Of a stretch of 64,000 nt of DNA, positions 8,947 through 18,159 are shown in pieces; position 1 is the stretch's first letter; the number at the start of each line of letters is the position of its first letter. The stretch lies in NCBI GenBank assembly GCA_965226555.1, contig CBDDDG010000001.1, forward strand, positions 224,001 through 288,000. Direction: 5' to 3'. A model generated the notes under the pieces. That model worked only from the letters and a program-made list of their open reading frames with translations, searched no databases and was not told where the DNA came from. Position numbers and translations under genes: made by a program. The stretch comes from Salinispira sp. Lineage in GTDB: Bacteria; Spirochaetota; Spirochaetia; DSM-27196; Salinispiraceae.

Positions 8947-11194
8947 TTTGTAATTCCTTTTCGAATCTTTTCAGTTCACTCATTGTTATTTCATAATTCT
9001 GCAGATCTTCTTTCAGCTTCTCAAGTTCATCCTGATATTTGCTGAAGATTATATCTGAAATTTTACACATTTTCAACTTTTTGACCAGTCCTGAGATATA
9101 ATCATCGGTTATGCTCTTGATGCCACGCTTCATTTTTCGAAGTTGGTTCAGAACAGCTTCCATATATTCCTCTGCCTCTTCGCCACGTAATTTCCCGCTC
9201 TTCTTCAGGTTAGATGGTAATGTCTCATTATATTGCACCCCTGAAGTATCCAGTTTTCCAACTGCATCCCGTACTGCTCGTGAAATTAAGTACGCATCAA
9301 GATGAGCATTATCAGCCGTATTCTTACCAGCCGTATTGGTGAGAGTAGTTGTTATTTGAGACAACGCCTGCTTTCGCCAGTTCATCACATACGTTTTAAT
9401 TGTCCCCTCAAAGATCGGTTCAGTTCTGTCAATAAAATCTTCAAATGCCCGAGATAACGCTCCCGCGCGAATGGTGGTTTGTGTTACTGAAACATTTTCA
9501 TAGCCCCCGCCAAACAACCTAGCAAACCATGCAACAAGCCCGTCTTTTTTACGCATCTCAGTTGTGGTTTCAGTCTTTTCCTCATCCTTGACATCTTTTA
9601 CGCTTTTCTTGTACTGTGCTTCAATCTCTTTCTGGATGGTTTCCGTAATGCCAGAATCAAGCATCTCAATTAAATCAGAAAACTTCTCATCTACCGCTAT
9701 GCTGGACTTGCTAATAATCTGAGTAATAAACTGCTTTTTTTCTTCAATGTCTTTCAAATCGGAATTACGCAGTTTATCAGCCACTGCCTCGGCGGCGGCA
9801 AGCAGTTGCGTTTTGTAGTCCTCAACGCCTTTTTGTTTTGCGGTGAGAAAATCAACTGATTTTTGTTTCAGAATCTGCTCTTTTTTGCCGCGCACAACAG
9901 AAATAATTTCATGGAGGGAGGTAATGTTCGCAAGTTGTTTGAGGCTTGCTTCGGACAGCGTAGAATCAGTTTTCGAAAAATAGTCTGAATACTCCTCTGT
10001 CAGCTTGTTCCAGACATGACGCGTTCCGTCATCCATTTCCTCAGCGCGTCCTTGGTATTCCATAATGGTACGACAGATTCCAGAGGAGTGAATAACCCTC
10101 CCCTCAGTGTCATCAATGAGCTGATCGAAGGTTGCGCCAATTTCGCCATTGTTTTTCTTCAATTCCGAAACTGTTTTGTGTAAATGATTTTCCAGTTTTC
10201 CGGTAATGCTCGCAAGAGCATCGTGCAGACGTCCATTTGCTGTCTTTTTTTCGCTACCAAATAATTGGGTATCTATTTGGCTTGCTACCACATACAGCTC
10301 GCGCACGCCTTCTTTGGAACCAATGCGATCCATTAAATCAGTGTCTTGTTCGCTCATGAACTGTCCGGCAGGGCTGACAACCAGAATGACATCGCAGTAT
10401 TTTAACAAGTCACGAGTACGTTCCACGCGGGATTCAACAGGGTCGTTAATGCCCGGCGTGTCCACAATGGAAACATCTTTCAGAATTTCAAGGGGGAGAG
10501 AGACTTTCACAATTTTTGTGAAGGGCATGAATTTAGCGTCGGCAGAAACGTAGTTTAGCAAGTTGGACTTCAACTCCTCATAGTTACCAGCGGTAATTGA
10601 AGATGCCTGTTTGAGGTCTTCCGGCTGAATTCCAGAAGCTTTAATGCGTTCCCATTGGTCATGGCATGCGGAGAGTACTTGATCATCTTTTAAATCTTGT
10701 TTGGCCCTTCGTTCTGCTTTTTCCCGTAAAGCTTCAGTATTATCTGACTTTCCCCCCCGCTTGGCGTCTCTGGCTTTGAGCTCCTCCAGATGTTGCGCAG
10801 TCTTTTTTTTCAGTTTTTCTTCATATTCCATGGACTTGTTCTTAATATTTTCAAGGTCGGCTTCTGTGAAAAAATCGACCTCAGCGGAAAGGGTTTCACC
10901 ATAGGTCAGGGTGGTGAGCGCCGCGGTCATTGGGGTCGCGGCCTTGGGGAGGACGTTCTGCCCTTCAAAGAGCAGGGCATTCAGGAGTGATGATTTTCCC
11001 GCCTTTACCCGCCCGACAATACCGATGCGCAGTAATCGGTTGTTTTCCCGTATTGCATCCAAGGCCGTCTTCATAGAATCGGAGCTGCCAATTTTATCTT
11101 CCCGTTCGATCCTTTCGGCATCCTTGCCCATTAGAGCGTAAAATTCGGCTACAACATCTTCAATTTTCTTCAGCGTTTCAATACAACTTTCCAT
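8939..11194 (-). CDS. Dynamin-like GTPase, LeoBC-like
   Basis: GRVKAGKSS, LPKAATPMTAALT, DTPGINDP, long helical C-terminus; 751 aa. Confidence 0.85.
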   Translation of the reverse strand: MESCIETLKKIEDVVAEFYALMGKDAERIEREDKIGSSDSMKTALDAIRENNRLLRIGIVGRVKAGKSSLLNALLFEGQNVLPKAATPMTAALTTLTYGETLSAEVDFFTEADLENIKNKSMEYEEKLKKKTAQHLEELKARDAKRGGKSDNTEALREKAERRAKQDLKDDQVLSACHDQWERIKASGIQPEDLKQASSITAGNYEELKSNLLNYVSADAKFMPFTKIVKVSLPLEILKDVSIVDTPGINDPVESRVERTRDLLKYCDVILVVSPAGQFMSEQDTDLMDRIGSKEGVRELYVVASQIDTQLFGSEKKTANGRLHDALASITGKLENHLHKTVSELKKNNGEIGATFDQLIDDTEGRVIHSSGICRTIMEYQGRAEEMDDGTRHVWNKLTEEYSDYFSKTDSTLSEASLKQLANITSLHEIISVVRGKKEQILKQKSVDFLTAKQKGVEDYKTQLLAAAEAVADKLRNSDLKDIEEKKQFITQIISKSSIAVDEKFSDLIEMLDSGITETIQKEIEAQYKKSVKDVKDEEKTETTTEMRKKDGLVAWFARLFGGGYENVSVTQTTIRAGALSRAFEDFIDRTEPIFEGTIKTYVMNWRKQALSQITTTLTNTAGKNTADNAHLDAYLISRAVRDAVGKLDTSGVQYNETLPSNLKKSGKLRGEEAEEYMEAVLNQLRKMKRGIKSITDDYISGLVKKLKMCKISDIIFSKYQDELEKLKEDLQNYEITMSELKRFEKELQNV

Positions 11195-12914
11195 TATTTG
11201 TCTCCTTTGACTGTTTTTCCAGCAGTGTGTTTGTTCGGGTATTCAGTTCCTCTACAACAGCAGAAAAGGAACCTATCTGATCTTCAATTTCAGATGCCCT
11301 CGCATCAATTTCCGACTGCTGGGATGAAATAATACGGTTTTGTTCTTCAATTTGCGATTCAAAGCGGGCGCTAATTTCGTTGATCAGTTTTTTTACCTGT
11401 TCATTGAAAATGTCCGGCAACTCACCTCGAAGTTTCGCCTTTACCTCGGGAATGGTTTTGGTGAGAATAGATTGTCTCACATCCTCGCGTTGCTTCTGTT
11501 CCCTGCTTTTTGCCATGATTCCCGCCAGAATTTCGGGGAGAAAAACAATAATTACTTCAACTATGGGCGCAAGAATTTTTGTGGTCAAGCCCAGAACGGT
11601 GGTCACGACCTTGTACAGTGTTCCGTCTTTTTGGGACATGGTTGTTTTCATATCTGTCAACTTTTCAACACTACTGTGGAACAATATTTTTGAGCTTTCA
11701 ACTATCCGACCAAGCCATGGGGCGTCTCCGTTTGAATATTGGGAGAGCGCTGCATCAACTCCGCGCAATTCCATGGAAATATCCGCAATAATATTGTCGT
11801 TCAGCTCATCCATGGCGGAACGTATTTCATGGAGCAGGGTTGGGCGAACAATGTCGCTAATTTCCCTATTCAGAGCGTCAGCACCCGATGATATTGCGGT
11901 GTTGGTTAATTCATCTGCCGAGTCGCTTAAGGCCCGCCCGACTTTTTCAACAATGCGCCCAACACGGATATCGCTGTATTTTTCACGGGCATCAGTCAGC
12001 ATTTCATTTTTTTTGCGGGTGAGTTCTTCCATGCCCTGTTGCAGGTTTTTCAGGGTATTCTCGTTTTCATTTTTTGTTTTGCCCAGCGCTACAATGCGGG
12101 TGTTGATCTCTCCCTTACATGATCGGTAGGCATCGAGAATGAGTTCCTGAAACAATTGTACCGTCAGTTCCTCGGGGTCAATGGCCTCAACAATTGCTGC
12201 GAGATTCTCTCCGGCATCGAGTCCAATGGGAGTAACCTTGTTCGCGTTATTGTAGTAATCTTTCAAACGAGACGATATGTTTTCTGCAATCTCATTAACT
12301 TCTGACGGAGCTCGAAGGTTTGCTTTGCTCAGAAAGAATGATATTCCCTTGTTCACATCGTAAATGTCGGACACCTGACTGAGTATGGATCGGGTCAGGG
12401 TTCCTTCTTCAACGCTTATGAGCACAATGTAATGTGTGCCCCTCTGAATATATTCGATAATGGCCCTATTGTGCTGTTCCAGTGGGGAGCCAAAGCCGGG
12501 CATATCCACCAAAACCAGCGGCTGAATCGCCTTGAGCTTGGCGCTATTCAGATATGCGCGAACAAAACGATACTCGGAAGCCTTCGTCTTCAGGTCCGTG
12601 AATTCGCTGACCGTATATCGATCAGTGCTCCCATCGCTGCGAACCGCTTCTAATCTTTCGCTTTCGGAATAATGCAATTCCGTTGCCAACGATGTTTCCG
12701 GCGTAATATCGACAGGGAGATAATCGCTCTCCAGAAAGGAATTGATGAGTGTGCTTTTCCCCGCGCTGAAGGATCCTATTACCGGTATGAGGAAATCCGT
12801 TTCAGCCACCGCCGTTCTCAAAGGCTCCAGCCGATCATTCGACACACCAACTGTTCCAATGAGTTCTCCGACTTCTCTCAAGTAATTACAATACAAATTC
12901 TGCGTTTTCAGCAT
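11178..12914 (-). CDS. Dynamin-like GTPase, LeoA-like
   Basis: GSFSAGKSTLINSFL, LPVDITPETSLATEL, DMPGF; 578 aa with a hydrophobic paddle segment. Confidence 0.85.
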   Translation of the reverse strand: MLKTQNLYCNYLREVGELIGTVGVSNDRLEPLRTAVAETDFLIPVIGSFSAGKSTLINSFLESDYLPVDITPETSLATELHYSESERLEAVRSDGSTDRYTVSEFTDLKTKASEYRFVRAYLNSAKLKAIQPLVLVDMPGFGSPLEQHNRAIIEYIQRGTHYIVLISVEEGTLTRSILSQVSDIYDVNKGISFFLSKANLRAPSEVNEIAENISSRLKDYYNNANKVTPIGLDAGENLAAIVEAIDPEELTVQLFQELILDAYRSCKGEINTRIVALGKTKNENENTLKNLQQGMEELTRKKNEMLTDAREKYSDIRVGRIVEKVGRALSDSADELTNTAISSGADALNREISDIVRPTLLHEIRSAMDELNDNIIADISMELRGVDAALSQYSNGDAPWLGRIVESSKILFHSSVEKLTDMKTTMSQKDGTLYKVVTTVLGLTTKILAPIVEVIIVFLPEILAGIMAKSREQKQREDVRQSILTKTIPEVKAKLRGELPDIFNEQVKKLINEISARFESQIEEQNRIISSQQSEIDARASEIEDQIGSFSAVVEELNTRTNTLLEKQSKETNNGKLY

Positions 12915-13034
12915 ATTTTACTCCTCTTTTCCATGAAAAATGTTTACTTTTGGGATGGTGCAATTTATAGCAAAGTTTGAATTTTTTGTCAATATGATTT
13001 TTGGCGTGGGCCCAGAGTCAGACGGAAGGGACTG

Positions 13035-13156
13035 AAGAGAGCGAGATTTGAGATTGGTTTGGGAGATATGGTCTACAACATAGAGAATGTGTTTTTTGAT
13101 CAATCGGTTGCAGTCGGGATAAGACAACACCCCGAAAAAGTATGAAAAGAACAAGA
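13035..13156 (+). repeat. About 125-bp dispersed repeat, probable Rpn-gene leader (copy 1)
   Basis: Near-identical inverted copy at 38563-38691; ends in ...aaaaagtATGAAAAGAACAAGA. Confidence 0.9.
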
Positions 13157-13193
13157 GAAACAAGCGGAAATCGGGGTTGCAGAACAAAAACCC

Positions 13194-13673
13194 ATGCAAA
13201 AAGTGTCGTACATTGTGCGCGATCTGAGGCGAATGGACAAAAAGCAGTTGGCATGGCGTTCTGATGAAAAACGATATACATCGACTGCATTGTGGTATAT
13301 AATGCGAGATAATGAAATGAATGTTGAGGGGCTGAAAGAGATTGCGCAGCTCCTGAACGGTCTGTCATCACAAGACTTTACTGATCTGGCAGAGAGTGTG
13401 TTAGGCTATCTAAAAGATTTGGGACTGTATGAGCAGTTTGAGAAAATTGACAGGGAACTGTTCCCTGAAGGAGAAAACAGTATGCGGACATATAATATTA
13501 CCAACGCCTTCGTGAGGGAAGGCATTGCGAAAGGCATTCTGAAAGGTCGGCGGGAAGGCATTCGAGAAACGGCCCGGAGTATGTTTTCCAAAGGATTTTC
13601 AGCCCATGACATTCAGGATGTTACCGGGCTGAGCGATGAGGAAATTCGGACAGTGCGGAACGGATCGCATTAA
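13194..13673 (+). pseudogene. Rpn/YhgA-like protein lacking its N-terminal nuclease domain; C-terminal RpnS-like frame intact from ATG 13482
   Basis: REGIAKGILKGRREGIRETARSM...VTGLS is the typical Rpn tail; internal SD GAAGGAG before ATG 13482; no PD-(D/E)XK motif. Confidence 0.7.
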
Positions 13674-13773
13674 TTGGCGCTGCTCGCCCAAGCGTCCGGC
13701 TCGCCCATGCGGCGGGGTTAGGTTAAATAGTAATATCTCAAAATAATTACAAAAACTTCTCATTTACCATTCA

Positions 13774-14116
13774 TAGAAACTTTGCATAATAAAGTTTTGC
13801 TACTGAAAATTGTGCAGAGCACAATTTTCCAATAAGGATTCTCTCATCACAGAAAATTGTGCAGAGCACAATTTTCCAATAAGGATTCTCTCATCCATAT
13901 TCTTGATTCTCTCAAGGTATAGAAAGTTTTGCCACAGGCAAAACTTTGTCATATTCTTGATTCTCTCAAGGTATAGAAGTTTTGCTACTGAAAATTGTGC
14001 AGAGCACAATTTTCCAATAAGGATTCTCTCATCCATATTCTTGATTCTCTCAAGGTATAGAAGTTTTGCCTGAGGCAAAACTTTGTTGAGGCAAAACTTT
14101 GTTGAGGCAAAATTTT
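13774..14116. repeat. Mosaic tandem cluster of palindromic elements
   Basis: Three copies of gaaaattgtgcagagcacaattttccaataaggattctctcatc, three of catattcttgattctctcaaggtataga, several aagttttgc..gcaaaactttgt, and a 16-bp tandem tgaggcaaaactttgt. Confidence 0.9.
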
Positions 14117-14155
14117 CAGTGGTAAAATGTTCGTATAAAGCATATAGTATAGTAC

Positions 14156-14851
14156 GTGAGACGGTTTTTTTTATATGTGATCTGCATTTTCTGTATTCTC
14201 CCAACACTTGCTGCGCAGGCACTTGCTGCGCAGGAAAGCGAGTTTCGCCTTCAGGGGCGGTGGGGAATTTCATGGCTTGGTCAGGCAACAGCAACAAATA
14301 ATGTTTCTACACCCAATCCTGACGGTATTTCTTCCAGTCAGATTATTCATCACTTTGGTATTGGCGCTCACATAAGTTTTTCGCCGCTCCTCGGAATTGC
14401 GCCTTCCATTGACGTGTATTTCGATGAGTATATCTACCTCTCCGAATTTATGCGCGCCTTTCCCACCCAGAGTCAGACAGGTTCGGGCATTGGTCCGCTG
14501 GCAACAGTATTGTCGCTCGGTATTAATCTGCCATGGTACATGTCGGTTCCGGTTGGAGAGTTTGTACATTTTGACCTTGCGGTTGGTCTGGGTCTGGTAT
14601 TTCGGATACCGGTAGCGCCCTTGGATGGTTCTGGAGATATTTCCCCTATTGGGGATTATGTGCTGGGTAATGGCAGATGGTTGAATATATACATTCAGCC
14701 GGGTTTTCGTTTTCGTCTGGCAGAGTGGTTCGGATTCTCAGTATCTCCTACTGCCATTATTCCGATATGGCATATATTTGACAATGAAGAACTCATGTTT
14801 TATGACAATCTGCAACTTGGCGGAACAATCGGATTTGACTTTTATCTCTGA
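14156..14851 (+). CDS. Putative outer-membrane beta-barrel protein
   Basis: Signal peptide containing a 15-bp duplication (LAAQA x2), alternating beta strands, C-terminal GFDFYL. Confidence 0.6.
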   Translation: MRRFFLYVICIFCILPTLAAQALAAQESEFRLQGRWGISWLGQATATNNVSTPNPDGISSSQIIHHFGIGAHISFSPLLGIAPSIDVYFDEYIYLSEFMRAFPTQSQTGSGIGPLATVLSLGINLPWYMSVPVGEFVHFDLAVGLGLVFRIPVAPLDGSGDISPIGDYVLGNGRWLNIYIQPGFRFRLAEWFGFSVSPTAIIPIWHIFDNEELMFYDNLQLGGTIGFDFYL

Positions 14852-14882
14852 GAAAGTTTTGCGCACGTCTCTCAGAATGGAG

Positions 14883-16118
14883 CTACTGAAAATCGGATGC
14901 TTTGCCCGGCATGGTCTTTGTTTCACGATACATAATGAGCTGACAGTTAAACAAAATTACTATGGTATCAATCAATACCGACAGGGACGCCAAAACAGGG
15001 GCAATAGGCAGTAAAATAAGAAAGCTTTCCTCCAAACCCTGAACATTCCAGGCTGAAATAATTGCCAAACTCACCATAATACCATTCGAAGGAGTGGCGC
15101 CAAGCATAAAACTAATAAGAACACTTGTACCGATAACCCATATATACTGAAGAAAGGTAATTTCCAAACTTGAATATGATCGAAGAATGAGAATGAAGCT
15201 CATACTGGTAATCATAGCAATACCGCTCCGGCTGAAAATTGCTGCGAGGGCTGTTATACTTGGCGTAATCTTTTTTTCCAGACCCATATTCTCATTCAGA
15301 ACGACTATCGTTGAACCAATGGTGAAGTAATTATCTCCCGAGAAAACAGCAGAAATAGCAGCCGGTAGTGTCGCAAACAACCAGATAAAAGGATTATGGC
15401 GCTTATTACCAAGAACATAGAGCAGGCCCGGTATAATAACAAAAATAATCAATAGTGTTGTACCCAGAATTATCAGAAGAAAACGGCTGAATAATTCAAA
15501 ATCGGCTATGCCTTTTAACTGAACAATTCTGTATGCCGACATCAGAAAAATTCCGAAACTGAGAATTTCCAAAATGAAGCGGTTTATACCATAAAGAATG
15601 TGTGAAATGCTCTCAAAGGTTTCCGTGAGCGGTTCCGAAAAGGTTCGTTTATGGAATAGCGCAATGCCAAAGGCAACCGAGAAAACAATAAGGGGTAATA
15701 AAAAATCACCGCTCTCAGTAAATATTGAAAAGAGATTCGTGGGAGCGATCCTAAAAAACTGATCATTCAGATCCGGCGGTAAATATATTTCAGCTTCTTC
15801 AATAATTATTGGAACCGGCCCGGGAAAGATCATTACAATTACTGCTGTTCCCAAAGTTGCCAGAATTATTGCGGAAACAAAACTATACGCAAACATCAAT
15901 CCATACACCCGAACGAAGTTTTTTTCCGCCCATAATTCAAAGGTTCCAATAACAATGGAAAAGAATAACAGGGGAAATACAATGTATCGTCCAACATGGA
16001 TCACATATGTAAAAATCTGCTCAAAAACCCGTACAGTGTCACCCCCATACAGTGGGAGAAAAATGCCAAAGAGAAGGCCGACACATACGGCAATGAGATA
16101 TTTAAGCCAGAGTTTCAT
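14883..16118 (-). CDS. Dicarboxylate/amino acid:cation symporter (DAACS family)
   Basis: Multi-TM; IVFPLLFFSIVIG and PTNLF...LPLIVFSVAFG patterns. Confidence 0.8.
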   Translation of the reverse strand: MKLWLKYLIAVCVGLLFGIFLPLYGGDTVRVFEQIFTYVIHVGRYIVFPLLFFSIVIGTFELWAEKNFVRVYGLMFAYSFVSAIILATLGTAVIVMIFPGPVPIIIEEAEIYLPPDLNDQFFRIAPTNLFSIFTESGDFLLPLIVFSVAFGIALFHKRTFSEPLTETFESISHILYGINRFILEILSFGIFLMSAYRIVQLKGIADFELFSRFLLIILGTTLLIIFVIIPGLLYVLGNKRHNPFIWLFATLPAAISAVFSGDNYFTIGSTIVVLNENMGLEKKITPSITALAAIFSRSGIAMITSMSFILILRSYSSLEITFLQYIWVIGTSVLISFMLGATPSNGIMVSLAIISAWNVQGLEESFLILLPIAPVLASLSVLIDTIVILFNCQLIMYRETKTMPGKASDFQ

Positions 16119-16173
16119 AATTTAGGGAATCTCCATATTATTAAAAATTTTTGCATTTTGAAAAGCTTTCTGG

Positions 16174-16372
16174 TTATCCATTTGAGGAGTCAGAAAGGGT
16201 TTCTAAAGTATTCAGCCAGTCGTTGAAATGTTTGCATGTATCACGGAGTTTTGGAAGACCAATTTTTTTGGTCACTGTAACGCCAGCGATAATCGTCTAT
16301 TTTCTCCTTCAGCACATTTTCAACAAAATTTTGCTCCGTATAACCTTCGGTAATAATGTGCAGGCGAATCAT
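16174..16372 (-). pseudogene. DUF4276 (TOPRIM-like) gene with an internal deletion
   Basis: N-terminus MIRLHIITEGYTEQNFVENVL joined out of frame to C-terminus IIAGVTVTKKIGLPKLRDTCKHFNDWLNTLE; ATGA overlap with the ATPase stop. Confidence 0.7.
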
Positions 16373-17481
16373 GGTTGACCTCCAAGCACATTTTTTTCCC
16401 ACAATTCGGAAAGGCTGTAACGCTTGAGCCAGTCGGTTAAGTGTTCTGCATTGAGTTCCTTCACTACCGAACAGTGCTTTTCTTTATCCCATTCGAGCAC
16501 AAGCAGATTTTCCAGTTCAAATTCATCCACTAATCGGGTAGACTGTGTTGCCAGCAAAATTTGAGCGTTCTTCGATGCGGAATGAATCATTCCAGCCAGT
16601 TCGGTAATTGCCACCGGATGAAGTCCCAGTTCAGGTTCATCCAGAACAATGAATTTCGGCAACAACTCCGGCGGTTGAAGAAGTAGTGTTGTCAAGGCGA
16701 TAAAGCGCAAAGAACCGTCCGATATTTGACCCGGATCAAAAAGGTAATCAGTGCCGTAAGTATCGTTCCAGTTCAGCCGAAGGTAATTCTCAGTGTCTGG
16801 AAGAGAATCCAGATCAAAATCGACAAATTGGGACATAACGTGTTGAATGTGCCGGACAATACGTTCGTAGTATTGTGTATAATGCCCCTTCAGCATTTTC
16901 AGGAAGGCGGCCAAATTACCCGCATCGCTCCGTAAATATTTGTAGTCATTTATATAGCCCCGATCTTTAATTTTTGCGGTATCTGATGTATCATGAAACT
17001 GATAGGCGCGAATGCCCGCCAAAAGAGCATACATGACCTTGCAGGTTGGATTTTCATTTCCTTTCAGACCCGATTCTGAACCTCCGCTTCCCAGAAAAAT
17101 TTCCTGCGCCTGCTTCTCTCCCCTTTTCTGAAAAGTGATTTTTTCGCCCGATATGAATAAGCGATCATGCAGACCGTGTGACAGTTTCATTTCATACGTA
17201 TCTTTAACATTAGCTGATTCAAACTGAATTTCAAATGTGATCGACTCTGTTTTTTTGGGGCCATAAAACAACAGGCGGCTGACTCCCTGCCTGCCGACAT
17301 ACTGCCGAAGGGCGCCGGTTGTCATGAAGTTCAGCATTGTGAAGAACGAAACTATGTTGCTCTTTCCCGAACCGTTTGCCCCCAGCAATACCGTTGTGTC
17401 ACCAATGGGAATGGTTTGTCCGTCATGTCCATCAATAGATTTGAAGCCCTTCAGGCGAATTTCCCGTAATTTCATATCCAT
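16369..17481 (-). CDS. AAA_21/ABC-type ATPase, partner of DUF4276
   Basis: GFKSI, Walker A GANGSGKS, signature ISDGS, Walker B LDEPELGLHP, ATQS; start 17481 coupled TGATG to the upstream gene. Confidence 0.9.
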   Translation of the reverse strand: MDMKLREIRLKGFKSIDGHDGQTIPIGDTTVLLGANGSGKSNIVSFFTMLNFMTTGALRQYVGRQGVSRLLFYGPKKTESITFEIQFESANVKDTYEMKLSHGLHDRLFISGEKITFQKRGEKQAQEIFLGSGGSESGLKGNENPTCKVMYALLAGIRAYQFHDTSDTAKIKDRGYINDYKYLRSDAGNLAAFLKMLKGHYTQYYERIVRHIQHVMSQFVDFDLDSLPDTENYLRLNWNDTYGTDYLFDPGQISDGSLRFIALTTLLLQPPELLPKFIVLDEPELGLHPVAITELAGMIHSASKNAQILLATQSTRLVDEFELENLLVLEWDKEKHCSVVKELNAEHLTDWLKRYSLSELWEKNVLGGQP

Positions 17482-18122
17482 CAATTTCGGCTGCGGGAAA
17501 AAAATCTTCCTTCCCGCTGATACCTGTACCACTTTCCAGAAGGCTGCCCGCTGCCGATACTTTTCATTATAAATTCTGCATATTCCGCACATTCCTGCGA
17601 TCTGGATTTGTATCCCCGGACAGAATAGCGATCCATGCTGTAATAGGTAAATAACGACGTTCCAAGCGCCTCAATGCCATGAAACATAAGCGCTTCCAGC
17701 GGGCCGGGAATTTCAGGTCCGGTATTATGCAGAACAATGTTAATTGATCCGCTTTCCTGTTTTTCAAGATACGAAACACTTTCCCTCAGCAGATACAGAA
17801 AGCCCTTCATATCTTCATCTATTTTTTGCTCAATTATACCGCTCTGAAAACCCCGCAAAACATCCGATTGATCAATAATACTGTACACAATAATAATATG
17901 CTCAATGTGCTTATTTCTGCATTCAAGAAACAATGTTCGAGTGGAAAGTAACGATCGGTAATTATACTCAAATACCGTGAGCCGTTCGGAATGTTCATCG
18001 GAAAATTTAGCATCTCCCTGTTTTCTGGTTGCGACCACATGATTGTTTTCATTCAAGAAAGATTCTACCAGATTTTTCTTCAGAGAACCGTGTTTACCCA
18101 TTATCAGAATAGCTCTTTCCAT
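17481..18122 (-). CDS. SDR-like Rossmann-fold hypothetical protein
   Basis: N-terminal AILIMGKHGSL..LVESFL...HVVAT resembles a degenerate SDR; no YxxxK seen. Confidence 0.5.
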   Translation of the reverse strand: MERAILIMGKHGSLKKNLVESFLNENNHVVATRKQGDAKFSDEHSERLTVFEYNYRSLLSTRTLFLECRNKHIEHIIIVYSIIDQSDVLRGFQSGIIEQKIDEDMKGFLYLLRESVSYLEKQESGSINIVLHNTGPEIPGPLEALMFHGIEALGTSLFTYYSMDRYSVRGYKSRSQECAEYAEFIMKSIGSGQPSGKWYRYQREGRFFSRSRN

Positions 18123-18159
18123 GATATTTTCAGTGTATGATCAGGTTTGTATTAGGTCA

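Noticed and set aside
13774..14116. Possible CRISPR array
   Set aside because: Intervening segments are themselves repeated, spacing is irregular and no cas genes are present
13800..14301. ORFs 13800-14297, 13810-14073 and 14083-14301
   Set aside because: They are translations of the repeat mosaic or overlap the real gene at 14156
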